From Calditrichales bacterium (GTDB taxonomy: Bacteria; Calditrichota; Calditrichia; Calditrichales; J004), in the NCBI GenBank assembly GCA_965267575.1, contig OZ254086.1, forward strand, positions 3,296,001 to 3,360,000: a stretch of 64,000 nucleotides of DNA, in the 5' to 3' direction. Of this stretch, positions 20,168-31,290 are shown one piece after another; position 1 is the first letter of the stretch; every line of letters begins with the position of its first letter. The notes beneath the pieces are model-generated. The model was not told where the DNA came from and did not search any database. It saw only the letters and a list, made by a program, of their open reading frames with translations. A program made the position numbers and the translations under genes.

Positions 20168-20979
20168 TGAAAGAATTACTGATCCGCGTGCTGGTTGCGC
20201 TTGTGGGCATACCCCTGCTTGTATTTTTGATTTGGCAGGGGGGCTGGTGGTTTTTTGGACTTATTGCCGTTATTGCCGTTATAGGTCAGTGGGAGTTTTA
20301 CCGGCTCACCCGCGCCAAAGAAAGCACGCCCCGTGAGTGGAGCGGCTACGCCTTAACCCTGTTATTGCTTTTTGCCGTTTACGCCGGCGCCATTCAGTGG
20401 GTGCTGCTGCTTATTATCGCTATTGGATTGTTTATATTCACCGCGGAAATGTTTCGGCCTTCCGGCAGTCCGCTTATCAATATCGCGGTAACCCTGACCG
20501 GCGTTATCTACCCGGGCCTTTTTCTCGCCGCGCTGATTTTTATCCGTGAAAACGCTCCGGCCATCGGTGTTTCATCGGCGGCCGCTTACATTCTTACCTT
20601 CATAATAGCAATCTGGGCTTGCGACAGCCTGGCTTATTTTGTAGGCAAAAGCCTGGGCCGGCACCGCCTGTTCGAGCGCGTATCGCCTAAAAAGAGCATT
20701 GAAGGCGCAATTGGCGGATTGCTTGGCGCCTTGCTGGTTTTCCTGGTGGCCCATTATGCCGGCTGGTATCGTATTGATCTGGGTATTGCCGTTGCCAGCG
20801 GTCTGGCCGTGGGCGTCTTTGGCCAACTCGGCGATCTTGTCGAATCCTGGTTTAAGCGGGACGCCGCCATCAAGGATTCGTCTTCGCTGATTCCCGGTCA
20901 CGGCGGGATACTGGATCGCTTCGACAGCTTGATTTTTCTCTCACCTTTTTTAATGATCATTTATCTTTTGTGGAGTTAA
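20167..20979 (+). CDS. cdsA: Phosphatidate cytidylyltransferase
   Basis: SPKKSIEG, GDLVESWFKR..IKDSS..IPGHGGILDRFDS. Confidence 0.96.
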   Translation: MKELLIRVLVALVGIPLLVFLIWQGGWWFFGLIAVIAVIGQWEFYRLTRAKESTPREWSGYALTLLLLFAVYAGAIQWVLLLIIAIGLFIFTAEMFRPSGSPLINIAVTLTGVIYPGLFLAALIFIRENAPAIGVSSAAAYILTFIIAIWACDSLAYFVGKSLGRHRLFERVSPKKSIEGAIGGLLGALLVFLVAHYAGWYRIDLGIAVASGLAVGVFGQLGDLVESWFKRDAAIKDSSSLIPGHGGILDRFDSLIFLSPFLMIIYLLWS

Positions 20980-20986
20980 TGCAGGG

Positions 20987-22564
20987 ATGCGTAAAAGTGT
21001 TGTTTTTATTCTCTTTTTTCTCGCCGCCATATCTCTTTGGTGGTGTTCACGAAACGCGGAAAATAAAGCTTTTGATGACAGAAAGGGTGGCAGCGTCATC
21101 ATTGCTTTGCAGGGCGCTCCGGAAAACCTCTTTCCGCTCAGTATCCGCGAGTATGATTCTTACGAGATCAGCCGCCATTTGCTGAACCCGGCGCTCACCT
21201 TAACGGACAACAACGGCGCCGTGCAGCCCGTGCTTGCCCGCGCCTGGCAAACCGACAGCGAAACAGCAACCATTACCTATTTTATCGATCCCGACCGAAG
21301 GTGGAGCGACGGCCGGCCGCTAACCGCCTACGATGTTCGGGAAACGTTTAACTTTATCCGGTCAAACCGTGACAAAGTCAGCCCGAGTTTAAGGCTGGAT
21401 ATAGTGGACAGCGTTGAGGTGCGTGACTCGCTTTCGGTGCGTTTCTACCTCGACCGGGTCATCAGCGATCCCGCATTAATAACCCGTTTCCCCTTATTGC
21501 CTGCCCACAAAATTGAGGGCATAAGATGGGAAGACCTGGAAAGCGGCTTCCACGATAATTTTGTCGGTTGCGGACCATACCTGCTGGCCTCATATACCGA
21601 AAGCCGTGTGGTGCTGAAGCGCAACCCCTTCTATGATCCGCAGGTGGCACCGGACTCCCTTATATTCCGTTTTTACGCCGAAGGTGACACGCTGGCCCGA
21701 TGGATAAATAACCGCGAACCCGATCTGGTACCGGACGTAGCCCATTATCTGCTGCGAACGGTACGCCAAAATGATTATTACCAGATCGAACCTTCTGTAG
21801 AACGGGGCTTTACTTTCCTGGGCTGGAACCTGGAACACCCGGTTTTAAAAGACAGGCGTGTGCGTCGCGCGCTGAGTATGGCCATAGACCGCCAGACGAT
21901 AACGGACGGTGTGATGTCCGGCTACGCGCAGGTTCAGGATGTGCCGTCCTATCCGGAATTCTGGGCCTACTCGCCGCTAACATTTTTCCCATATGATCCC
22001 GTGCGCAGCCGCGCCATGCTCGATTCCAGCAACATTGCCGTTCAGGATGATGTGCGCCGTTCCGCGGGCAAAATGTTGCTCCAACCTTCTATCCTGGTTA
22101 ACGCGGAAAATCCGTTGCGCATCTCCATCGCCCAGAATATTGCCAATTACTGGCAGGCCCTGGGGCTAAACGCCGGCGTGGAAATTGTACCCTGGCAGCA
22201 AATGCTTCAGCGCCTGCGCAACGGCACCTTTGATGTGGCTCTGATCTCCTGGGTGGCCGATGATGTTTTTAATCCCACGGAGCTGTTCCACTCGGAAAGC
22301 ATAACCACGGATAACAACTTTATGCGTTATAGCAGCGACTCTGTTGATACTTACCTGATGAATGCACTCACCCATCCGCAGCGTGATGAGCGGCGCCGCA
22401 ACTGGCAGGCTTTTCAGCGCAAGATCGCCCAAGACATCCCCGTTACGGTAATGTTTAATAAACGCCAGATTAACCTGGTCTCCAGGCGCCTGAAAGATGT
22501 GCGAATTAACAGCCGGGGATATTTAATCAACGCTAAAGAGTGGTGGCTGGATGGACGAAGATAG
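20987..22564 (+). CDS. ABC transporter solute-binding protein, family 5 (peptide/nickel type); no permease genes adjacent
   Basis: PVLARAW, WSDGRPLTAYDV, VGCGPY, DRRVRRALSMAIDR. Confidence 0.88.
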   Translation: MRKSVVFILFFLAAISLWWCSRNAENKAFDDRKGGSVIIALQGAPENLFPLSIREYDSYEISRHLLNPALTLTDNNGAVQPVLARAWQTDSETATITYFIDPDRRWSDGRPLTAYDVRETFNFIRSNRDKVSPSLRLDIVDSVEVRDSLSVRFYLDRVISDPALITRFPLLPAHKIEGIRWEDLESGFHDNFVGCGPYLLASYTESRVVLKRNPFYDPQVAPDSLIFRFYAEGDTLARWINNREPDLVPDVAHYLLRTVRQNDYYQIEPSVERGFTFLGWNLEHPVLKDRRVRRALSMAIDRQTITDGVMSGYAQVQDVPSYPEFWAYSPLTFFPYDPVRSRAMLDSSNIAVQDDVRRSAGKMLLQPSILVNAENPLRISIAQNIANYWQALGLNAGVEIVPWQQMLQRLRNGTFDVALISWVADDVFNPTELFHSESITTDNNFMRYSSDSVDTYLMNALTHPQRDERRRNWQAFQRKIAQDIPVTVMFNKRQINLVSRRLKDVRINSRGYLINAKEWWLDGRR

Positions 22565-22597
22565 AGTCCTTATTTAATAAAGAGCAGGAGTATTCTT

Positions 22598-23689
22598 TTG
22601 GCTTCCAAAAATGTATTAGTCGTTGATGATGAAGAAGATTTGACCTGGTCCATCGCCAAGCATCTTTCCAAAGATAAAGAGCGCTATGACCTGTACACGG
22701 TAAATAGCGGCGCCGATGCCCTGTTGAAGCTTCAGGAGACCGATATTGACCTCGTGGTTACCGACATTCGCATGCCCGAAATATCCGGTCTGGACCTGCT
22801 GATGAAAGTACGTGAGTTTTATCCCCAGACAAAAGTGATCATAATGACCGCTTACGGCTCTTCGGAAATCCAGGAAGAAGCCAACAAACGCGGTTGCTTT
22901 AAATATATAGAAAAGCCTTTTGAGATTAGCCAGCTGCGCCAGATGATACTGGACGGCGTTGAGGAAAAACGCGGTTTTGAAGGCCGCATCTCCGACTTCC
23001 AGCTCAGCGATCTGATCCAGATGAATTGTCTTGGCCGCCTGACCAATGCCATCACCGTACAAACCAATGAAAAATCCGGCATCATCTTTTTTGAGGACGG
23101 CAATATTGTTCATGCGCAGGTGGGCAAAGATGTGGGCGAAGAAGCATTTTATGAAATCATCTCCTGGGAGGGGGGACGCTTTGAGATCCGCCGTGGCGCC
23201 AAAGCCGACCAGGAATCGATCATAAAGGGCTGGCAGAGCTTGGTGCTGGAAGGCATGCGCCGCGCCGATGAGTCCAGGCGCAAGGCCCGGGAAAAAAGCG
23301 CCAATGCCGTTAAGATGCGTCCGGAGCGCATTAAAAAGCTGCTGGATGAATTTGTGCATACAAAAGGTGTGCGCATACTGGTCTTTTTTACTAATGACGT
23401 GAAACCGCTTGTTACAGTGGCGGGTAACGATTTTGAAGATCGCTACGACACGCAGGAACTTACCGCCGAGGTTAACAACCTGTTGCAGCAGGAAAAGGGC
23501 CTGGCACGCAGCGCCGCCATGAGCATTAAAAAAGAGATGACCGTTGAATACGCCGAAGGCGTTATAAAGCTGACCTGGCTGCCGGGTAAAAAAGGCTTTC
23601 TGCTGCTAATTGCCGACCAGACCTCAAACTTCGGACTGTTGCGCATCGAAACCAAGAAATACCTGAAAGCGCTGACAGAAATCCTCTGA
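22598..23689 (+). CDS. Response regulator: REC + DUF4388/PATAN-like domain + divergent C-terminal domain
   Basis: VVDDE, TDIRMP, TAYG, EKPF; GFEGRISDFQLSDLIQM...GIIFFEDGNIVHA..GEEAFYEIISW.GGRF. Confidence 0.85.
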   Translation: MASKNVLVVDDEEDLTWSIAKHLSKDKERYDLYTVNSGADALLKLQETDIDLVVTDIRMPEISGLDLLMKVREFYPQTKVIIMTAYGSSEIQEEANKRGCFKYIEKPFEISQLRQMILDGVEEKRGFEGRISDFQLSDLIQMNCLGRLTNAITVQTNEKSGIIFFEDGNIVHAQVGKDVGEEAFYEIISWEGGRFEIRRGAKADQESIIKGWQSLVLEGMRRADESRRKAREKSANAVKMRPERIKKLLDEFVHTKGVRILVFFTNDVKPLVTVAGNDFEDRYDTQELTAEVNNLLQQEKGLARSAAMSIKKEMTVEYAEGVIKLTWLPGKKGFLLLIADQTSNFGLLRIETKKYLKALTEIL

Positions 23690-25026
23690 TGTTTTCCGAG
23701 CGGCGCTTTGGGCGATTGTTTGGCTGCAGGCGGGATGATTTTTCGGGGCTGGCCGCCCGCATCTTTTCAAAAGACGCGCTGTTCACCGATGCTTTTGCCG
23801 AAAACACCTCCCGTCTTGAAATAGATTACCAGAACGGTCTGTTCCATTCGCCGCGGCTGAAACATGACCACGGTTTCGCGCTGCGCCGCGTTTTAAAGGG
23901 CAGACAGGATTTCCGCCGTGCCGCAGATCTTTCCGAACTCATTTCTCCGATTGATTATACCAGGCCCTCTTTTAAATCAGAATTTCCTGTAAATAAAATA
24001 AAGCGGCTTTTGTCCGCGGCAGAGAGCCGTCTCTTTAAGGGCACTGCTCAGGTCGAGGGTCTCTCCATGCGCTGGCAGGAAGAGATACGTATTACGGCTA
24101 TTGCAAGAGAAGATAAATCGCTCTATTGTAAGACAGAATATATTGCCACCTGGGACGCCGTTGTTAGCATCTACCGGCATGAACGCTGCTTTAAGGGACG
24201 GGTTGCCAGTTCCTGGTTTAACGGCAGGCTCCCCGCCGCCGGCGAACTTGATGACCTTCTGCAAAAAGCTATCAATAGGGCGGAGAAGGCTTCCGCGGCT
24301 AGTGATATGCAGGGGACGCGACATAACATCCTTTTTGCGCCCGGCGAACCGGCCATTGTCTTTCACGAACTGCTGGGCCATGCCCTGGAAGCGGATTATG
24401 TGCGGCAGGGTACATCGCCCTTTCGTGATGCGATCGGCAAACAGATTTGCCATGAATCGGCGACCTTTGCAGACGCGCCGCCCCCGTGGCTGGAAAAAGA
24501 AGCGGTGGATGACGAAGGTACACCCTGCCAGGAAACTATTCTTGTGGAAAAAGGCATTCTGAAAGCATTTCTTGCGGACAGGGCCACGGCTATGGCGATG
24601 GGTATTTCTCCCGGCGGCAATGGTCGTCGTGCCGGTTGGCGTAACCCGCCATTAACACGGATGTACTTCACGAAGGCCCATTTGGCATACAGCGATCCGC
24701 AGGGATATGGCGATCTGCCCGAACATTTCTTATATGTCGATGAAATAGCGGACGCTTCCGTTGACACGGCGACAGCTACGATTGAGCTTTTCCTCCCGCT
24801 GGTGACCAAATACATTAAAGGGCGCTCCGCCGAAATTTATCACGGCCCCTTGAAAATATCCTGGGACATTAACGAGGCCCTGGCCAGCATGCGTCTAATG
24901 GCTGATGATTACTGCTCCGCAGCCGCCGTAAGTACCTGTATTAAAGACGATCAGAAAGTAGACGTTGCGGCGGGACAGTGTTCTGCATTATTTTACGATA
25001 TGCCTGTTGCCCCCGCGCATATTTGA
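23689..25026 (+). CDS. TldD/PmbA-family metalloprotease
   Basis: HELLGHALEAD, DDEGTP, GNGRR...P..RM, C-terminal CIK..Q. Confidence 0.8.
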   Translation: MFSERRFGRLFGCRRDDFSGLAARIFSKDALFTDAFAENTSRLEIDYQNGLFHSPRLKHDHGFALRRVLKGRQDFRRAADLSELISPIDYTRPSFKSEFPVNKIKRLLSAAESRLFKGTAQVEGLSMRWQEEIRITAIAREDKSLYCKTEYIATWDAVVSIYRHERCFKGRVASSWFNGRLPAAGELDDLLQKAINRAEKASAASDMQGTRHNILFAPGEPAIVFHELLGHALEADYVRQGTSPFRDAIGKQICHESATFADAPPPWLEKEAVDDEGTPCQETILVEKGILKAFLADRATAMAMGISPGGNGRRAGWRNPPLTRMYFTKAHLAYSDPQGYGDLPEHFLYVDEIADASVDTATATIELFLPLVTKYIKGRSAEIYHGPLKISWDINEALASMRLMADDYCSAAAVSTCIKDDQKVDVAAGQCSALFYDMPVAPAHI

Positions 25027-25075
25027 TTTTATGCCTGCAGGCCTGACTAAAACACCAAATTTCGGGAGGTGGGCT

Positions 25076-25711
25076 ATGCGTTATATTCTGCTTATTATTC
25101 TTGTTGTTATTCTTGGTATAGTAGGATTTATGCTTTATATGGGCCAGCAGGTAAGTGAATTGCCGGAAGAGGCTACCAGGCTCAAACCTCTCAATTTTGA
25201 AAATGCCTCTCAAAAAAGCATAGAGCTTGAGGATCGTGTTACGCGGGACTTGAGGGACAGCGGCAGAGCTGAGCTTAGCAGCGAAGAACTGGAAACGCTG
25301 ATTTATGGATTTCTTGAGCGTGAGAGCAACGTAAGCGCCGCCGAAATCGTTAGTGGCAGCCGTATCTTTATGCGCGGCAACAGGCTGAAAATTGAAGCGG
25401 TTGCAAATATTAATAAGATCGCGACGGACAACCTTCCGTTTGATGCCGTACCGCTTTATGAAATCGCCCGCGACTTTGTCTCAAACAGCAGCCTTAACCA
25501 AGTCTATTTTTCTATTGACGGTGTTCCGCACTTTGAAAATGGCAGCATCACATTTACAGACGAAGCCATTTTGCGTATAGGCAGCCTGCAATACCGGACA
25601 GACCAATCGACGGATAACCGGGCGTTTATTATTAACAGCGACGATTTGGTGAAATTGAATGTAACCGATCTTTACGTGGAAAACGGCAAGCTGATTTTAA
25701 GCTCAAAGTAA
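25076..25711 (+). CDS. Hypothetical protein with N-terminal membrane anchor
   Basis: SD GGAGG before ATG 25076; hydrophobic N-terminus; fills the gap before radC. Confidence 0.7.
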   Translation: MRYILLIILVVILGIVGFMLYMGQQVSELPEEATRLKPLNFENASQKSIELEDRVTRDLRDSGRAELSSEELETLIYGFLERESNVSAAEIVSGSRIFMRGNRLKIEAVANINKIATDNLPFDAVPLYEIARDFVSNSSLNQVYFSIDGVPHFENGSITFTDEAILRIGSLQYRTDQSTDNRAFIINSDDLVKLNVTDLYVENGKLILSSK

Positions 25712-25776
25712 TAAGAAAAAGCTTTGTTTAGGAAAATCAGTGTCCGTAGATTATTTAAAAAACATTAAAGGGAATC

Positions 25777-26481
25777 ATGTCCGAAGCCCCGTCCAGAAAT
25801 CTGCGAATAACCGATTGGCCGGAAGACGAACGGCCGCGCGAAAAACTGATGCGCTACGGGGCAGAAACCCTCACCAATGCCGAACTTGTGGCCATCCTTT
25901 TGGGGAAGGGCACAACCACCTACAACGCGCTGGATACGGCGCGTATGCTTCTGCGTGCGTTTGATTCGCTGGAAACGCTGGCCTCCGCCTCCTATATTGA
26001 AATGCAAAAGGTGCCGGGAATCGGTCCGGTAAAAGCCGTAACGCTTCTGGCGGCCTTCCAGTTGTTCCGCAATCTGCAAAGCCAGCAGGCCGGACGCGAG
26101 ATCATCCGTTTTACGGACCCCTCCAGTGTTGCCGGCATCTACATGCCCCTGTTGGGTCACCGGAAGAAAGAAAGTTTTTACATGGTTATGCTGAATGCGG
26201 CCATGCAGAAGATTGCCGATTTGGAGATCTCGCGCGGCACGCTTACGGCATCTCTTGTTCATCCCAGAGAAGTTTTTAAGGAAGCCATCCGCCACAGCGC
26301 CAGTGGCATTATCGTTTTACATAACCATCCTTCAGGGGTTTTACAGCCCTCGGAACAGGATAAGCGTATAACGGAGAAGCTGGTTCGTGCAGGCGAGCTT
26401 CTGGAAATTCCCGTTCACGACCACCTGATTATAACAACGGGTGGCTATTACAGTTTTCGTGAACATAACCTGATCAGCTAA
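25777..26481 (+). CDS. radC: RadC/JAB-domain protein
   Basis: ERPREKL, ELVAILL, GIGPVKA, VHPREVF, HNHPSG. Confidence 0.96.
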   Translation: MSEAPSRNLRITDWPEDERPREKLMRYGAETLTNAELVAILLGKGTTTYNALDTARMLLRAFDSLETLASASYIEMQKVPGIGPVKAVTLLAAFQLFRNLQSQQAGREIIRFTDPSSVAGIYMPLLGHRKKESFYMVMLNAAMQKIADLEISRGTLTASLVHPREVFKEAIRHSASGIIVLHNHPSGVLQPSEQDKRITEKLVRAGELLEIPVHDHLIITTGGYYSFREHNLIS

Positions 26482-26503
26482 ATGATTGTCTAAAGGAGTA
26501 GAA

Positions 26504-28054
26504 ATGACTCGTAAAGAGCAATTTAAGCATCTTGATAAACTGCGTGCCGAAGCCAGGCTTGGCGGTGGCGAAAAACGCATTGAAGCACAACACGCCAAAG
26601 GCAAATTAACAGCCAGGGAGAGAATCGATTTTTTATTGGATGAAGGCTCCTTCGTTGAAATGGACATGTTGGTGCGGCATCGCTCGCGTGATTTCGGGCT
26701 CGATAAAAACCGTCCATTGGGAGATGGTGTTGTTACGGGCTACGGCTATATAGAAGGGCGCCTTGTATTTGTTTTTTCTCAGGATTTTACCGTATTCGGC
26801 GGATCGCTGTCTGAGACATTCGCCGAAAAGATTATTAAAATTATGGACCAGGCCATGAAGGTTGGCGCACCGGTTATCGGGCTAAACGACTCCGGCGGCG
26901 CGCGCATACAGGAAGGTGTGGTAAGTTTGGGCGGCTATGCCGAAATCTTTCTGCGCAATACAATGGCATCGGGTGTTGTACCGCAGATTTCCGCCATTAT
27001 GGGGCCATGCGCCGGCGGCGCCGTGTACTCTCCCGCTATTACGGATTTTACGGTAATGGTGCGCAATACCAGCTACATGTTTGTAACAGGACCCAACGTG
27101 GTTAAAACGGTTACGCACGAAGAGGTAACCGCCGAAGACCTGGGTGGCGCGGATACGCATGCTTCCAAAAGCGGCGTAAGCCATGTAACATGTGACAGCG
27201 ATGTGGAGTGTCTGCAGGAAATCAGAAAAATGATTTCCTATATGCCGTCCAACAACGCCGAAGATCCGCCGCGCATTAAAACGGGCGATAATCCTGACCG
27301 CACGGACGAAAAGCTGGACACGATTGTGCCGGAAAACCCAAATCAGCCATATGATATTAAAGAGATCATAAACCGTGTGGCGGATAAGGACAGCTTCTTT
27401 GAAATTCACGATCAGTATGCCATGAATATTGTGGTTGGTTTTGCCAGGCTGGACGGCTATTCCGTCGGCATTATCGCCAACCAGCCTAACCACCTCGCCG
27501 GTGTCCTCGATATCGACGCTTCCAAAAAAGCAGCACGATTTGTCCGCTTCTGCGATGCGTTCAATATCCCGCTGGTCACCTTTGTGGATGTGCCCGGTTT
27601 TCTTCCCGGCACCAACCAGGAGTGGAACGGCATTATCACCAACGGGGCCAAGCTGCTTTACGCCTATTCTGAGGCAACGGTGCCCAAGGTGACTGTTATT
27701 ACGCGCAAGGCCTATGGCGGCGCTTACGACGTTATGAGCAGCAAGCACCTGCGGGGTGACATCAATTTTGCCTGGCCTTCCGCCGAAATCGCGGTGATGG
27801 GCCCGAAGGGTGCTGCTGAGATTATTTTTAAACGCGAGATCGCCGACGCCGAAAAACCGGAAGAAATGCTGGCCAAAAAAGAAGCGGAATACCGCGAGAA
27901 ATTTGCTAACCCCTATTTGGCGGCAGAACGCGGCTATATCGATGAGGTGATCATTCCACGCAATACCAGGCTGCGTATTTTACAAGCCCTGCGTATGCTG
28001 GAAAACAAGGTGGATAACAATCCGCCGCGCAAGCATGGTAATATTCCTTTGTAA
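26504..28054 (+). CDS. pccB: Acyl-CoA carboxylase/decarboxylase carboxyltransferase subunit (propionyl-CoA/methylmalonyl-CoA)
   Basis: [54 protein letters not shown]. Confidence 0.92.
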   Translation: MTRKEQFKHLDKLRAEARLGGGEKRIEAQHAKGKLTARERIDFLLDEGSFVEMDMLVRHRSRDFGLDKNRPLGDGVVTGYGYIEGRLVFVFSQDFTVFGGSLSETFAEKIIKIMDQAMKVGAPVIGLNDSGGARIQEGVVSLGGYAEIFLRNTMASGVVPQISAIMGPCAGGAVYSPAITDFTVMVRNTSYMFVTGPNVVKTVTHEEVTAEDLGGADTHASKSGVSHVTCDSDVECLQEIRKMISYMPSNNAEDPPRIKTGDNPDRTDEKLDTIVPENPNQPYDIKEIINRVADKDSFFEIHDQYAMNIVVGFARLDGYSVGIIANQPNHLAGVLDIDASKKAARFVRFCDAFNIPLVTFVDVPGFLPGTNQEWNGIITNGAKLLYAYSEATVPKVTVITRKAYGGAYDVMSSKHLRGDINFAWPSAEIAVMGPKGAAEIIFKREIADAEKPEEMLAKKEAEYREKFANPYLAAERGYIDEVIIPRNTRLRILQALRMLENKVDNNPPRKHGNIPL

Positions 28055-28098
28055 TTATTTGAAATTTATTTTCCTATAGCGGATATTCTGACGCGTCT

Positions 28099-28130
28099 AC
28101 CCGGCTCGGTTTAAGGGCCGGGTTTTCTTT
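28099..28130 (+). terminator. Rho-independent terminator
   Basis: ACCCGGCTC-loop-GGGCCGGGT followed by TTTCTTT. Confidence 0.7.
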
Positions 28131-28161
28131 TACCTGTGTATTTCAAAATTGAGGGGATGAG

Positions 28162-28743
28162 ATGGCAATAAAATCCGATGGATGGATCAGAAAAATGGCC
28201 GTTGAAAAAAAGATGATCGAACCGTTTGTAGAGCATACGGGCGGCGACAAGATCAGTTACGGTCTTTCCAGCTACGGTTATGATTTTCGCGTTGCGGATG
28301 AATATAAAATTTTTACCAATATCAACAACGCTCTTGTTGACCCCAAGGCTTTCGCGGAAAACTCATTTATCGATTTTAAGGGCGACTCCTGCATCATACC
28401 ACCCAACAGCTTTGCACTGGCGCGAACGGTAGAATATTTCCGGATTCCGCGCAATGTCCTTGCGATATGCGTCGGTAAATCCACCTACGCCCGTTGCGGC
28501 ATTATCATCAACGTAACTCCGCTGGAACCGGAATGGGAAGGGCATCTGGTCATAGAGATCTCCAACACAACGCCATTGCCTTCAAAGATTTACAGCAATG
28601 AAGGCCTGGGCCAGCTTCTTTTTTACGAAAGCGATGAGCCCTGTGAAATCAGTTATGCCGATCGCAAAGGGAAATACCAATTCCAGGATGGAATAGAATT
28701 ACCCAAAGTGGAGGATCAGGCCCGGGGCAAGTTTGGCCGATGA
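28162..28743 (+). CDS. dcd: dCTP deaminase
   Basis: [39 protein letters not shown]. Confidence 0.96.
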   Translation: MAIKSDGWIRKMAVEKKMIEPFVEHTGGDKISYGLSSYGYDFRVADEYKIFTNINNALVDPKAFAENSFIDFKGDSCIIPPNSFALARTVEYFRIPRNVLAICVGKSTYARCGIIINVTPLEPEWEGHLVIEISNTTPLPSKIYSNEGLGQLLFYESDEPCEISYADRKGKYQFQDGIELPKVEDQARGKFGR

Positions 28744-29594
28744 CACTATTCCGAGACAGCACGAGCCGCACACTGGCCTGGGTGATGGCCGGCTACTCCC
28801 TGCTGATGCTGGTTTTTCTTACAGGCTGGTTCAGCGCGATCAAGAATCCGCTGATATGGATATTTTTTCACCTTGCCGTAATCGCCTATTTCGCCATAGA
28901 CAAGCCCGGCTGGTACAATAAAAGCAAATGGTGGAGCCCGCTGCTGATTATCCCCCTTTGCTTTACGGAGCTGCATTACCTCGTGCATACCGTTCATCCG
29001 ATCGATTACGATGCTGAGCTCATAGCTATCGACTACCGGATATTTGGCGTGCATCCAACTGTTTGGCTGGAACGTTTTACCTGGCCCTGGCTCACAGAGC
29101 TTTTGCAGGTCGTTTATTCCACATTTTACTTTTTGCCGATAGGCCTGGCCGTTATCCTGTTGAAAAACGGGGAGGATGAGAAATTCCGCTTCCTGATCTT
29201 CCAGATCACCTATGGTTTTTTTCTTTCCTATATAGGTTATTTTATGGTTCCGGCGGTAGGGCCGCGTTTTACCCTGGACCATCTGCAGACTTTTCCGCTT
29301 GAAGGTTTATGGCTTACGGCGGCCATCCGCGATACACTTAATGCCCTGGAGAACATTCAGCGCGACGCCTTTCCCAGCGGCCATACGGCGATGACCCTTC
29401 TTGTGCTCTATTATGCCGGGCGCTATCACAAAAAATACTTTCTGTTTATGCTGCCCGTATCGATCCTGATGGTCTATTCTACCGTTTACCTGCGCTACCA
29501 TTACGTGATAGATATAGTCGCCGGTGTGGTTTTGTTGGGGCTGATCATCTGGAGCGGCGATCGTTTGTACGGGTGGATAAAAAAGCGCGAATAG
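28740..29594 (+). CDS. PAP2-superfamily membrane phosphoesterase/transferase (Aur1-like)
   Basis: Multiple TM segments; [23 protein letters not shown]. Confidence 0.85.
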   Translation: MTLFRDSTSRTLAWVMAGYSLLMLVFLTGWFSAIKNPLIWIFFHLAVIAYFAIDKPGWYNKSKWWSPLLIIPLCFTELHYLVHTVHPIDYDAELIAIDYRIFGVHPTVWLERFTWPWLTELLQVVYSTFYFLPIGLAVILLKNGEDEKFRFLIFQITYGFFLSYIGYFMVPAVGPRFTLDHLQTFPLEGLWLTAAIRDTLNALENIQRDAFPSGHTAMTLLVLYYAGRYHKKYFLFMLPVSILMVYSTVYLRYHYVIDIVAGVVLLGLIIWSGDRLYGWIKKRE

Positions 29595-29677
29595 GCCTGT
29601 ATCTTTTCCCGATTATGGCAATCAAATAAACCTTAAATAATTTCAATTCGCTTATTTACGAAGAAAGGATAATTGCC

Positions 29678-30214
29678 ATGAATTTCAGGGAAGAATTTGA
29701 CCGTGCGCTTACCATGGAAGAGTATTTGCCATTGCTGGGTGACAAAAAACCGCTTCACGATCTGCATTACAAAAAAGCGCAGATAGAGCAGGACTTTTCG
29801 GTTGAACTGCCTCCGCTCAGGCTGCTGGTCATTACCGAGCCGTGGTGCGGTGACTCCACCGCCATTTTGCCCGTTCTCATGAAAATAGCCGAAACGCAAC
29901 CGATAGAAATGCGTGTTTTGCTGCGTGATAAAAACCCAAGGTTGATCGATCTTTTCCTAACTCGTGGAGGCCGGGCCATTCCGGTAATCCTGATCCTTAA
30001 CGAAAACGGCGATTTGCTGGGGCGTTTCGGGCCGCGCCCAAAGAAGGCCCAGGATATTTATGAGCAGGAGCGCGCCGGGATAGAGGCCGGAAGAATTGAA
30101 AAAATTGAAGTTATCAAAAAGATTCGTAATTTCTACAGCAAAGACAGGGGAAGGGTAATTTCAGAAGAGTTTATACATCTGCTGGAAGAAGTACTCGCCT
30201 GCGAAGAATGCTAA
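29678..30214 (+). CDS. Thioredoxin-family protein (WCGD type)
   Basis: ITEPWCGDS, LRDKN, LTRGGRAIP, GPRP. Confidence 0.85.
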   Translation: MNFREEFDRALTMEEYLPLLGDKKPLHDLHYKKAQIEQDFSVELPPLRLLVITEPWCGDSTAILPVLMKIAETQPIEMRVLLRDKNPRLIDLFLTRGGRAIPVILILNENGDLLGRFGPRPKKAQDIYEQERAGIEAGRIEKIEVIKKIRNFYSKDRGRVISEEFIHLLEEVLACEEC

Positions 30215-30234
30215 TTCACGGATAAACGGTTCGC

Positions 30235-31290
30235 ATGATCAAAGAGAGCAATTTTTCAAAGCTGGGATATCTGGCTGCAGGAACGATCTCGGTTTTTCTT
30301 ATCGTTTGGATTTTGATTGTAGGAAGGCCGATCATTCTGCCTTTTATGATTGCGCTCTTTCTAACCTTTATCCTGGAACCACTCGTAAATTTAATGCGCA
30401 AGGTCAAAATCCCGCTTGGCCTTGCTGTCTCTTTGACCCTGCTGCTTGCGTTTGTCCTGATGTACCTGCTCGGTGCGCTGCTCTATACCAACGTACAAAC
30501 ATTTGTAAACCAGCTTCCCGCTTATGAAGACCGCCTGGCGAATTTGCTTAGCGGTATTGTAAATGACCTGGAAAGCCTCATCGGGCAACCTATTACAACC
30601 GAAATGTTTCGAGGCTTTAACTGGCTGGACGCGCTGCAAAGCCTGTCACTGGCCAGCAACCTGATGACCGGTGTGGGTACCTTTGTGGGCTTTTTTGTCA
30701 AAATGCTGTTGGTTATCGTTTTTGTAGCCTATATGCTGATGGGCCGCCGCAACCTTACGCGCAAGATCTACAAGGCTTTTCCGGAGGAGCAGGCCAGCCA
30801 TATCGACGATATTCTGAACAAAATCACCTCAAAAATCCAGGCCTACCTTGGCGCCAAGACCGTAATCAGCCTGGTTACCGGATTTGTGGCTTATGTGATT
30901 TTCCTGTTTTTTGGTATGGATTTCGCCATTTTCTGGGCTTTCGTGATCTTTCTGTTCAACTTCATCCCCAATATTGGTTCGGCGATTGCTTCGATCCTGC
31001 CGGTCATATTTTCCATTCTGCAGTTTGGTTCTTTTGGCACCGCGCTTTGGCTGCTGGTGGCTTTATCCATTCTGCAATTTATCATGGGCAATATTGTAGA
31101 ACCGCGCACCATGGGCTATTCGCTGGATCTTAGCCCGATGATCGTTATCCTGGCGTTGGTTTTCTGGGGCTATATCTGGGGCGTCGTAGGCATGCTGCTG
31201 TCCGTCCCTATCCTGGCGACCATGGCGATTGTTTTCGAACGTATCGAAGGCCTGCAGTTTATCAGCGTGTTATTGCGTGGCAAGGTTTAA
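30235..31290 (+). CDS. AI-2E family transporter
   Basis: Multi-TM; NFIPNIG, GNIVEP..MG.SLDLSP, FWGYIWG..GMLLSVP. Confidence 0.92.
   Translation: MIKESNFSKLGYLAAGTISVFLIVWILIVGRPIILPFMIALFLTFILEPLVNLMRKVKIPLGLAVSLTLLLAFVLMYLLGALLYTNVQTFVNQLPAYEDRLANLLSGIVNDLESLIGQPITTEMFRGFNWLDALQSLSLASNLMTGVGTFVGFFVKMLLVIVFVAYMLMGRRNLTRKIYKAFPEEQASHIDDILNKITSKIQAYLGAKTVISLVTGFVAYVIFLFFGMDFAIFWAFVIFLFNFIPNIGSAIASILPVIFSILQFGSFGTALWLLVALSILQFIMGNIVEPRTMGYSLDLSPMIVILALVFWGYIWGVVGMLLSVPILATMAIVFERIEGLQFISVLLRGKV

Noticed and set aside
25777..26481. radC as a marker of a mobile element
   Set aside because: It is the full-length chromosomal form with the N-terminal HhH region, flanked by housekeeping-type genes, with no integrase or transposase nearby.
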